From a virus (Duplodnaviria; Caudoviricetes): a DNA stretch of 28,046 nt. Position numbers and translations under genes: made by a program. Below, one piece after another: positions 16,887-24,545 of this stretch (position 1 is its first letter; every line of letters starts with the position of its first letter). Where the stretch lies: positions 1 to 28,046 of IMG/VR virus record IMGVR_UViG_3300005286_000051. One strand, given 5' to 3'. The notes under the pieces are model-generated. The model saw nothing but the letters and a program-made list of their open reading frames with translations. It ran no database searches and was not told the origin of the DNA.

Positions 16887-18589
16887 GCCGCACCTGCCAG
16901 GCTTTTGAAAAAGTCATCCATGTTGCCGACCTCCGCAGCCTCCGGGTTCCTGCTCATCAGCATCACGGCGTTGAAGGCTGCTATCAGCGGGTCAATCTTC
17001 GCCTTGCCCGCGGCCTGCTTGGTGATCGAGCGAGCGGACCCCTTCAACTCGACTTTGGCGTTGCCCACACACCAGGCCATCAGCGGTTGCCCTGCGTGAA
17101 CCAGTGTCCCATCGCTCAGCTTTCGCTCAGCGCCGAGAATGGCCGGGTTCAGATAGCCCCCCTGGGAGACGCCGGTTATCGTCCCGCCGTTGTCGACCGT
17201 ATCGAAGCCTCGGTTGATCAGTTCATCTACGAGAGCTGGGAGCCCAAGCTTGTCAACACCGATACCCGCTTGCTCGGGGAGCAGACCGGCATCGCGTACC
17301 CGTTCGCAAAGATCAGCGAACTCCTCGATGTCTTGCGTCGGCCTCTCGCAGAAGACCAGATCGCCCTTACCTGCGAAATCCTTCAGAGTGGCGGCTATCT
17401 CTTTCCGCCGTTTCAGGACGATCGGGTGTGCCCAGGCCCTGCACCACAGAAGCCACCGGCGCGTTCCCTTTTCGCGCCCGAGGAATGCCCCCCCAAACAG
17501 ATCGTCCAAACCCCCACCGTCACCGCCGATCACGATCACCTCGCAGCGCTCCAAGAGAGCGTCGAAGGTCAGACCCGACTCGACCGCCAATTCCCAATAA
17601 TCAGCACCGGGCCACCGATCGGCCCTCAGGTTCAAACCGATCTCGACATTGAGATGCTTCGAAAGGAACGTCTGCAGCGCGCCATCGTCGCCGCCCTGAA
17701 CCTTTGCCAACTCATCCTCGAGCCATTCCCGGCTGACCGAGCGGTTTAGGTTCGGGTTCGTGATGTAAAAGTTCTCCGGCTGGAGGTAGGCTCTCTCCTC
17801 AAGCATGAGATCGGGGAACTCATAGAGGACCGGCAGGCTCTTTCGATCCTCCACGATCCCGTCCCGCACATTGCGGAAATAATCCAGCTTTGCCTTGAAC
17901 ACACCGGCCGGCGGCGTATCGCTCTGCGTCGAGAGATAGATCACGAACCCTTCAGGCCGGGCCACCAATCCGCCGGTTGCCTCCCGGAGCATTGCGTCCG
18001 CATTCGGCTTCTTCCCAAAGATCCAGAGCTCATCTACGAGGACGAACGCCGCCTTTTTGCCACTGACCACATCCGTGTCCGCGGCTACCACCTTCAGGAC
18101 GGCTTTCGTGGTCCTGTGCGTGATCTGCCGGAAATTCTCCTGGACGTGCAGGAGGTCTCGTAGTTCATCGTCGGCATTGACCATGTCCCGGGCTGGGATG
18201 AACGAGTTGTTTGCGGCCTCAATCGTCGGGGCCAGGATCAGCAGTTCAGCAGAGAACCGCCAATTCCGGATCAGCGCTGTGACCATGATGCCGGCGGCGA
18301 TTGTCGACTTCGCGTTCTTCTTGCTGATGAGCAGGAAGAACTCTCGGATAAGCCGTTTTGCGCTCTGATGGTCGTACGCGCCGAAGATGGCGCGCACCCA
18401 ATCGAACACCCACTGTTCGCAAGCCTCCCCAAAGGTTGGGCTTCCGGGGGCATCCACGATCCGCAGCGACTGGAAGACGGCAAGCGCGGCATCAGCCTCA
18501 TCCGGAAAGAGCGGGTCGAACGGGATCAGTGACCGCCCTTCAACGATCCTTTCCTGCCAATCCAGGCAGGCAGTGCTCCATTGCTTCAC
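16883..18589 (-). CDS. terL: Terminase large subunit
   Basis: Walker A ISKKNAKS, Walker B VLVDELW, nuclease motifs [10 protein letters not shown] and KIDPLIA. Confidence 0.96.
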   Translation of the reverse strand: MKQWSTACLDWQERIVEGRSLIPFDPLFPDEADAALAVFQSLRIVDAPGSPTFGEACEQWVFDWVRAIFGAYDHQSAKRLIREFFLLISKKNAKSTIAAGIMVTALIRNWRFSAELLILAPTIEAANNSFIPARDMVNADDELRDLLHVQENFRQITHRTTKAVLKVVAADTDVVSGKKAAFVLVDELWIFGKKPNADAMLREATGGLVARPEGFVIYLSTQSDTPPAGVFKAKLDYFRNVRDGIVEDRKSLPVLYEFPDLMLEERAYLQPENFYITNPNLNRSVSREWLEDELAKVQGGDDGALQTFLSKHLNVEIGLNLRADRWPGADYWELAVESGLTFDALLERCEVIVIGGDGGGLDDLFGGAFLGREKGTRRWLLWCRAWAHPIVLKRRKEIAATLKDFAGKGDLVFCERPTQDIEEFADLCERVRDAGLLPEQAGIGVDKLGLPALVDELINRGFDTVDNGGTITGVSQGGYLNPAILGAERKLSDGTLVHAGQPLMAWCVGNAKVELKGSARSITKQAAGKAKIDPLIAAFNAVMLMSRNPEAAEVGNMDDFFKSLAGAA

Positions 18590-19020
18590 TGGTTATTGAC
18601 GACGAGCTTAGGCGGCGTCGGCGGGGCATACTTGCCCACAACACTCTCTGCCGCGATCTGCCGCTCTTCCTTCTTCCCTAGCTTCGGGGGCTTGGTCTCG
18701 CGGGCCTTCACAGCCTCAGCGGCGCCTGCTACCCGGCCCATTTCCTCAAGCTTCTTCTGGGCAGAGACATTCCCCGCCCGGGCGGAGGCGAAAAGAAGGC
18801 CGATGACCTCCTTCCTGCGCTGCGCATGGCCGTCCGCAAGTTCATCCGCGAAATGCTTGCGCAGCGTATCAGGATCGATGCCGATCGCACGGGCGATAGT
18901 GTTCTCGCTTTCGCCGCAGAACTTCATTTCCTCAACGATGCGCCGCTGCTCAACGCTTGGCCGGAAGGATGGCCTCCCTCCTTTCGATCGTGCCTTTTGC
19001 GGTTTAGGTTTTTCGGTCAT
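18586..19020 (-). CDS. terS: Terminase small subunit
   Basis: Start moved to ATG 19020 (MTEKPK); GGRP motif, [25 protein letters not shown] and PPKLVVNN; ATGA overlap with terL. Confidence 0.85.
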   Translation of the reverse strand: MTEKPKPQKARSKGGRPSFRPSVEQRRIVEEMKFCGESENTIARAIGIDPDTLRKHFADELADGHAQRRKEVIGLLFASARAGNVSAQKKLEEMGRVAGAAEAVKARETKPPKLGKKEERQIAAESVVGKYAPPTPPKLVVNNQ

Positions 19021-19029
19021 CTCATCGCT

Positions 19030-19130
19030 TTGCCGAGAATTTCGGGGCGGAGGAAAAAATTGTGCGAATGGCGGGGGGCGCGGGTCTGGGAGCGGCGGGG
19101 CTCCGGACTTTCGACCCACCCCCCCTTGCC
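19030..19130 (-). other. Probable cos/packaging initiation region
   Basis: Non-coding gap between HNH and terS; minus strand GGGGGGGTGGGTCGAAAGT...GACCCGCGCCCCCCG...ATTTTTT resembles cos regions of HK97-like phages; exact cut site cannot be determined. Confidence 0.55.
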
Positions 19131-19132
19131 GG

Positions 19133-19498
19133 TCATGGACGCTGCCGCCGTTCCTCGCTCTGCTTGACGCTGTCGTGGTAGGCCTTGCTCACCGCGTGCA
19201 AGTTGCTCTCATCCCAGAACAGACGCTCATCACCACGGTGCGGGATCTTGTGGTCGATCACCGGGCTATTCGGTGCAGGATGCTTGCCGACAAGGAGCAC
19301 GCCCGTCTTCTGGCAGGTGAACTGATCCCTGATTAGAATGTGCTCGCGCAGCCTCTGCCAGCGTGCCGTCTTGTACCAGGCGCGCCATGGCTGTGTCGCA
19401 TCCCTGTATCGGGTGCGCCCCTTCTCATCACCTGGTGCATAGCCTACCCGAGGGGCGAGAGTGCCAAGTCTAGGTTTCAGATTGGAGAGCTTAGCCAT
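19133..19498 (-). CDS. HNH endonuclease (HK97 gp74-like terminase cofactor)
   Basis: WYKTARWQRLR, RDQFTCQ and DHKIPHRGD..LFWDESNL......H motifs; directly upstream of terS. Confidence 0.92.
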   Translation of the reverse strand: MAKLSNLKPRLGTLAPRVGYAPGDEKGRTRYRDATQPWRAWYKTARWQRLREHILIRDQFTCQKTGVLLVGKHPAPNSPVIDHKIPHRGDERLFWDESNLHAVSKAYHDSVKQSEERRQRP

Positions 19499-19537
19499 GT
19501 GGTTCCGCTTCTGGTGAGCGGCGGTCGGGCTTGGGCA

Positions 19538-19720
19538 TCAGCGGGCAGCTATATCGTGGACCGTCAGGTCTTCTAGACGAGCATCCCGCCATGACGGTTC
19601 AGCATCAGGTACAGGCAGCGGCCCATGCTTCGTAGCGAAGTGAGGTCGTTCCTCAACTTGAAGGACGAGGCATCCATCCTGCTCCACGCGGTAGCGCCGC
19701 TTTCCTGTAGGAAGGATCAT
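19538..19720 (-). CDS. Small hypothetical phage protein
   Basis: 60 aa; ATGA overlap with the upstream gene; LVLQVE...WRDARLEDL. Confidence 0.7.
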   Translation of the reverse strand: MILPTGKRRYRVEQDGCLVLQVEERPHFATKHGPLPVPDAEPSWRDARLEDLTVHDIAAR

Positions 19721-20406
19721 GCCGCCTCTTTCTGCTTCCTCTTCCTGGCCTCACGCTGCCGGCGAAGCTCGTTGCGCTTCTGCGCCCATGAGAAGTCCGC
19801 AGGATCGTCACTCAGGATGGATGTGAAGGCGTCATCCGCGGCCCATGCCTTGATCCCGTCATGCTCCCGCACACGGCTCGCGATGTTAGCGTCAATATGC
19901 TCGTTTTCGGGGTCTTCAGGCAACACCTCGAAATCGGGATTTTCGTTATGCTGCAATGCCCTGCGGTTGAGTTCTAGCGCAATGCATGCAATTGCCCGGT
20001 CTTTCCGCCTTCTCCCGGTCTCGGGATGGATGCCCTCGATCTTGAAGCACCACTTGTTGAAGGATCGGCCGCCGGCCTTTGCCATGGACCATGCGAGGAG
20101 GGCCCGGCGCTGTCCCTCATCCGGCACAATCATGAGCCATTCGCGGATTTCTTCAAGCTGAGAAAGCTCCTCTGCGGAGGCGCGAAGGCCGAGCTTCTCC
20201 CAGAACAGACGGCGCTCCTCGGCGAGCGGGTCCTCTCCTGGTTTGAGCTTGTCGCCCTTCTCCTTGCGCCAGCCGAGTTTGTCGATCCAGTCATGGACAT
20301 AGGGGAGCTGGAGCGAGCGCACTGGTGCCGGGCCTACGCGGCCGGGCGTGGCTCGCTCAATCTCGGCAGCTCGGATAAAGCGCTCTGCGATCTCGGCTGG
20401 GTTCAC
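19717..20406 (-). CDS. Putative late-gene transcription regulator (DUF6362-like, C-terminal HTH)
   Basis: Position just before the packaging genes; IAERFIRA start; EEIREWL and sigma region 4-like GIHPETGRRRKDRAIACIA. Confidence 0.55.
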   Translation of the reverse strand: MNPAEIAERFIRAAEIERATPGRVGPAPVRSLQLPYVHDWIDKLGWRKEKGDKLKPGEDPLAEERRLFWEKLGLRASAEELSQLEEIREWLMIVPDEGQRRALLAWSMAKAGGRSFNKWCFKIEGIHPETGRRRKDRAIACIALELNRRALQHNENPDFEVLPEDPENEHIDANIASRVREHDGIKAWAADDAFTSILSDDPADFSWAQKRNELRRQREARKRKQKEAA

Positions 20407-20636
20407 TCAGCCCTCCAATGGGTCGGCTCCGGTACGCGCTTGTCAATGCGCGGGTACATCCAGCCTGTTGCGGTGTATTCGGGCTCGACACCATGCCGCC
20501 CATTGATGAACGATGGGAAGGTAACGGTACGCCACTCTGCCAGACCCTCCCATATCACCACGCCCCGATGGACGCGCTTTGCATAGATGGCCGTCCCGTC
20601 CCGGGGGGCACTAGAGATGTCGTCCCACTCGCTCAC
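20403..20636 (-). CDS. DUF551-like hypothetical protein
   Basis: MSEWDDISSAPRDGT start and EPTHW end; SD GGAGG. Confidence 0.8.
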   Translation of the reverse strand: MSEWDDISSAPRDGTAIYAKRVHRGVVIWEGLAEWRTVTFPSFINGRHGVEPEYTATGWMYPRIDKRVPEPTHWRAE

Positions 20637-20812
20637 GCTATCCTCCGTCTATCATCCATCTCTTTGAGGATGGCGTCTGCGATCTGCTCCAGATCAGGAT
20701 TTCCGTCGACTGCGACGAAGTCATCGCCTTCTGAATACCAGCCGAGGTCGTCCTCCTCGAATTGGCGCCGCAACTCGCGGCGCATGATCTCCACCAATTT
20801 TGCTTTGGTCAC
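20633..20812 (-). CDS. Small acidic hypothetical protein (59 aa)
   Basis: Hand translation MTKAKLVEIMRRELRRQFEEDDLGWYSEGDDFVAVDGNPDLEQIADAILKEMDDRRRIA; GTG start with SD GGGAGG; GTGA overlap with the next gene; not in the ORF track. Confidence 0.75.
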   Translation of the reverse strand: MTKAKLVEIMRRELRRQFEEDDLGWYSEGDDFVAVDGNPDLEQIADAILKEMDDRRRIA

Positions 20813-20846
20813 GGACGCCTCCCATCGTCTGCGATGTCGCCGGGGT

Positions 20847-21176
20847 TCATCTCTTGCCTCTCTTTGCTTGCCGCTGGAGGACCTTCAACTTCGATTTGAA
20901 ACGCCGCAGGTGCCGCACTGACTCGGATGTATTTTCGCCCTTGCTTTTAAGGTCAGCGATGCGCCTTTCCCAGAACGCTACACTCCTCTCCGCTATTTCA
21001 ATCGCGCTAAGGCGCCATTTGCGATCAGGTGCATTCTCGGCAACCTTCGTCTTACAGCGCGCCTTTATGGGCCGGATCACCGGATATCCACGGCTCGCGC
21101 CATTGAACCTTGGTCCCCAACGCAACTTTGCCATGCTATGCGCCCCGTCTGTCACGCTGCCGTACCGGATCGCCAT
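20847..21176 (-). CDS. Basic hypothetical protein (start 21176 or 21134)
   Basis: Fills the gap in the operon; Lys/Arg-rich with a helical C-terminus. Confidence 0.55.
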   Translation of the reverse strand: MAIRYGSVTDGAHSMAKLRWGPRFNGASRGYPVIRPIKARCKTKVAENAPDRKWRLSAIEIAERSVAFWERRIADLKSKGENTSESVRHLRRFKSKLKVLQRQAKRGKR

Positions 21177-21616
21177 CTTGCTCGATCATCCAGCAAATCC
21201 ATCTGATCCGCGTTCGGCCTAAATCTACGGTAAATCCGCTCGTAGATCATCCCGCCCAAGGCAAATCGCTGGGGGATGACGCCACGAAGCTCCTGGCAAA
21301 CGAACTGAAGCTCTCCGCCGGGTATGCGGTCCCACGTCTCCAGCCAGGCGCTCGCGTCGCGCTCGATCAAGTCACGGCATTTAAAGACCAGATCCGATGC
21401 CATCCAGAGGCCGGTTTCATCGAGGAGGAGCTTGTTGTTGCCCGCCTCCATCAGCGTGGTCAGGACAAGCCGCAAGTGCCCTTCCCCATAGCGCCGGTAT
21501 ATGCGGGCCATCGTTTCGACAGCACGTGTCTGCCCAGGCTCTGGATACCTGTTACGATCGATGATCTCGATCCCGAACTCATCGCATAGGGCCGCTATGT
21601 GGGGCGGGACGGTCAT
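21152..21616 (-). CDS. Hypothetical phage protein
   Basis: Start moved to ATG 21616 (MTVPPHI), giving an ATGA overlap with the upstream stop; QMDLL C-terminal motif. Confidence 0.75.
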   Translation of the reverse strand: MTVPPHIAALCDEFGIEIIDRNRYPEPGQTRAVETMARIYRRYGEGHLRLVLTTLMEAGNNKLLLDETGLWMASDLVFKCRDLIERDASAWLETWDRIPGGELQFVCQELRGVIPQRFALGGMIYERIYRRFRPNADQMDLLDDRARWRSGTAA

Positions 21617-21954
21617 GCGCGTACCTTGCCCCGCTGCATCACGAATGGCGGTTTCCCCGGCCGATGGACGGTCCGAGCGCTCTTGACGTCCTGCCGGCGG
21701 CTGCGGAGCCACTCTTCCACGCCAAGCGCCTCGGCGGCCTTCCTGTCGGCTTTGTCGATGGTGCTGACGATCCTCGGGAAGAGACGATCGAGCGCAGCCT
21801 GACGAGCGGCGTCCTGAGCGGCTTTCTCGCTTGGGAAGGCCTTGGCCTTGCCCCCTTCACGCACATATCGCCACTGCGAGGCTCCGGGCAGGAGATAAAC
21901 GCCGAAGATCCGATTGCCCTCTATATGGGCTTCCCACCGCGGATGATCGGTCAA
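21613..21954 (-). CDS. Hypothetical phage protein
   Basis: 113 aa; ATGA overlaps on both sides; SD AAGGAG. Confidence 0.75.
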   Translation of the reverse strand: MTDHPRWEAHIEGNRIFGVYLLPGASQWRYVREGGKAKAFPSEKAAQDAARQAALDRLFPRIVSTIDKADRKAAEALGVEEWLRSRRQDVKSARTVHRPGKPPFVMQRGKVRA

Positions 21955-23396
21955 AGCATGGCTCCTTCAATGAGTTCGGGCTGGTCGTTCTGCTGCTCAC
22001 TGCGGTAGCGGGTGAAACGGGCCTCGAAGATGAGATCCCGAGTGATGGCGGCATTGCCGAACCGGACCTTGATCGCCCCAATCTGGGCGATGTCCTCGCC
22101 CTTGATCACGTCCGGTGGAAAAACCTTGTGGATCTTCTTCCAATCAGCATCCGACGCCGCGACGGCCTTCCGCTCCTCGAGGAACTTGATGTAGCGGTAG
22201 ACGTAGAAGATGGCGTCGTAGGCCTGCTTAGCCGGGTCGCCGCCGAAGAGGTCAGCCGAGATCGGCCGGGGATTGTCTCGCTTCATGCCGTAGCTGTTGC
22301 GCTGGTTGAGAATGAGCCAGGCAGCGCCCGTCTGCTCGGCGCCAGCCTTGAACACCTTGTTGATGTCCTTTGCCTTGGTCCCCTCGTCTGCTCGCCTGTC
22401 CTCGGGCTTCACCGCGCCTATGTGGTCGACCACAATCAACGGCGTGTTGCCGTTACCAAATCGCTTCACGAACGCCCTGGCGAAGGCGAGAAGCTGCGGC
22501 GCGCTGTGGTCGGTGCATTTCACCACCTCGAATGGCTGGCGATCAATCCATTCGGAGAAGTCGACAACCTTCTCCCATTCCTTTTCGGAGAGATCGCCGG
22601 CGCGCTGGCGGCGAGCTTCAATGCCATACTCTTGCGCAACCATCTGCCGGATGCACTGCTCGGCGGATTGGTCGAAGCTCAGGAACTGGACGGGGTGCCC
22701 CTTCTTGAGCGCATGCATGATGAGTTGCAGCGTGAGGGAGGTCTTGCCCTCGCCAGATGAGGAAAGCAGGCCATAGAGGTTCCCGGCCTCGAATGACGGC
22801 TCAGAGATCACCGCGGCGATTTCAGGCAGGCAGATGGGCACGCCCATGATCTTGCGCTGTTGGCGCGCTGCCGTGAGGCTTTCGAGATACTGCCGGCCGT
22901 GCGATGCCGTCCCGCTGGCACTGACACGCTCGGCGCGGAGCTTTGCGAGGGTATCCTCGATCGGGCCGGCCTCAAGCAGCGGATCCATGCCGGGGCGACG
23001 ATCATAGAGGCGGGAAACCGTATCCTCGCACGCCACGATGATCTGGCGCGACATCCAGGCATCGAAGATGGAGGCGGCATAGTCGCGAGCCATGACCACC
23101 GTGACAGCATCGGCGCAAAGTGCGGCGAGGTATTGCACAAGGGTCAGCTCTCCGACCTTGGCATTGGCGGGCAGGAAATCGCGAAGGGTGATCGGGTCTG
23201 CTCGGCGGCCGACGGTGATCAAGTCGCCCGAAGCTTTGAATATGTCCCGGTGAAGCGGCTCAAAGAAATGCTCCGGCCGCACGATGCGCGAGACCAGATC
23301 GTAACAGCCATTGTTGATCATGACGGCGCCAAGCAAGCACTGCTCGGCTTCGATGTTGTGAGGGACTTCGCGGATGGTGCCGGCGGTTGCGTTCAT
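21951..23396 (-). CDS. dnaB: DnaB-like replicative helicase
   Basis: N-domain PHNIEAEQCLLGAVM and HFFEPLHRDIF; Walker A SSSGEGKTS; Walker B IVVDH; LNQRN and KVRFG motifs. Confidence 0.9.
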   Translation of the reverse strand: MNATAGTIREVPHNIEAEQCLLGAVMINNGCYDLVSRIVRPEHFFEPLHRDIFKASGDLITVGRRADPITLRDFLPANAKVGELTLVQYLAALCADAVTVVMARDYAASIFDAWMSRQIIVACEDTVSRLYDRRPGMDPLLEAGPIEDTLAKLRAERVSASGTASHGRQYLESLTAARQQRKIMGVPICLPEIAAVISEPSFEAGNLYGLLSSSGEGKTSLTLQLIMHALKKGHPVQFLSFDQSAEQCIRQMVAQEYGIEARRQRAGDLSEKEWEKVVDFSEWIDRQPFEVVKCTDHSAPQLLAFARAFVKRFGNGNTPLIVVDHIGAVKPEDRRADEGTKAKDINKVFKAGAEQTGAAWLILNQRNSYGMKRDNPRPISADLFGGDPAKQAYDAIFYVYRYIKFLEERKAVAASDADWKKIHKVFPPDVIKGEDIAQIGAIKVRFGNAAITRDLIFEARFTRYRSEQQNDQPELIEGAML

Positions 23397-23713
23397 CGCG
23401 TTGCCTCCGTTGGCCGAACGCCGCGATCTGCCAACGTCTCCAGGTCTGGGATAAGCTCACGGATTATTTCGGATCGGGTGTATTCCCACCCGGGCAGAAG
23501 GGAGTGCCTGAACCGGTTCCCGTTGACTCGACAAAACCCCGGAAGATTCGGCCAAGTCTCCCACCATTCACCCCGGCGCGGTCGGGCAAGGTCGACATGC
23601 ACAACCGACCGTTCTCCCATAGTGCTCGGGTCCGCTATTGCCGCTCGTAGCGCCAGCGCGGCATCACGAGCCGCAGCGCGCTCCTGATCGGTCGGCGGAG
23701 CCAGTACCTTCAC
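23393..23713 (-). CDS. Hypothetical phage protein
   Basis: 106 aa; GTGA/ATGA overlaps; SD GAGG. Confidence 0.7.
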   Translation of the reverse strand: MKVLAPPTDQERAAARDAALALRAAIADPSTMGERSVVHVDLARPRRGEWWETWPNLPGFCRVNGNRFRHSLLPGWEYTRSEIIRELIPDLETLADRGVRPTEATR

Positions 23714-24261
23714 GCCGCCACCTCTGCCCGCTGCATCAGCTTGAACTCCTGCGCGTGCCCGGCGGCCCAGAGTGCGATAATGCAGGCATCGCGACTATCT
23801 ATGTTCGGGCTGTCGATGCGGAGCATGTCGCAGTAGGCCTTGGCGCGCTGCTTCGGAGCGCCGCGGATGTGGTCGGGGATGATGCTCTGCCACGTCCTGG
23901 GGGAAACCAGCGTGCAGGGCACGTTCTGCCCCAGCACCACCATCTCGGCAGCCCCGGCGAGCCAGTTCAATTGCATGATCGTATTGGCGTTGATGGTGCT
24001 GGTTTCCTCCTCCACGCCCATGAGGGTGCGGGTTTTCTTCTTGAATTGCGGAATGAACGTCAGCGGGGCCTCCATGGCCGCGAATGCCGGCTGATGCTCG
24101 CGGATCAGCTTCGGCAGCTTCCGGCGCATGTCCTGCGTCTTCTCAAAGGCATTGGCGCCCTCCAGCTTGATCGAGCCGGAGAGCATAGCCGAGGGCTTGC
24201 TTTCCGTGTCGAAGATCGCCCAGCCCAGCTTGCTTGCAACGTCGAGACCAAGGATCAGCAT
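23710..24261 (-). CDS. RuvC-like Holliday junction resolvase
   Basis: ILGLDVA..LGWA, AAMEAP, VSPRTW and DSRDACIIA reproduce the RuvC D-E-D catalytic layout. Confidence 0.8.
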   Translation of the reverse strand: MLILGLDVASKLGWAIFDTESKPSAMLSGSIKLEGANAFEKTQDMRRKLPKLIREHQPAFAAMEAPLTFIPQFKKKTRTLMGVEEETSTINANTIMQLNWLAGAAEMVVLGQNVPCTLVSPRTWQSIIPDHIRGAPKQRAKAYCDMLRIDSPNIDSRDACIIALWAAGHAQEFKLMQRAEVAA

Positions 24262-24286
24262 GGAACAAGCCCCCTTCCCTGCGGTT
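24262..24286 (+). promoter_or_regulatory. Putative EcfG/RpoE2 (general stress response sigma) promoter
   Basis: GGAAC (24262-24266), 16-nt spacer, GGTT (24283-24286), equivalent to GGAAC-N18-TT; 10 nt upstream of ATG 24297. Confidence 0.6.
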
Positions 24287-24296
24287 CGACGGGTCC

Positions 24297-24545
24297 ATGG
24301 CCGTCATCTCGTTCTCCAGTCCCGTTTATCTGCGCCTCGAAAGGCCGGGATTTTCGTACTGCATTGTGACGAACATTGAGCAGTGTTGGCGCATTCTGAT
24401 TGAGGAATGGCCGGTTGAACCTGGGCCGAAGTACCTGAAGGCTCGGGAGACATGCCTGAGATGTCGCGATGGGGAATGCGATCCCGAGGAAGCCCGGCAG
24501 GCGTTCATAGAGGCTGCGGAGGAAGCGGGTATATTGGCGCATTAG
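24297..24545 (+). CDS. DUF982-family protein, antisense to the phage operon
   Basis: From ATG 24297: FSSPVYL...IVTNIEQCWRILIEEWP...GPKYLKARETC......DPEEARQAFIEAAEEAGIL, matching the rhizobial DUF982 pattern. Confidence 0.85.
   Translation: MAVISFSSPVYLRLERPGFSYCIVTNIEQCWRILIEEWPVEPGPKYLKARETCLRCRDGECDPEEARQAFIEAAEEAGILAH

Noticed and set aside
4370-18589. Gene transfer agent interpretation
   Set aside because: The HNH/cos-type packaging module and linked replication genes indicate a genuine phage rather than an RcGTA-type cluster
19021-19119. Pro-rich N-terminal extension of terS
   Set aside because: Translates the G/C-run cos-like region; ATG 19020 gives a typical terS start
24234-24296. 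Longer start for the DUF982 ORF
   Set aside because: Overlaps ruvC and the predicted promoter; family similarity begins at MAVISF (24297)
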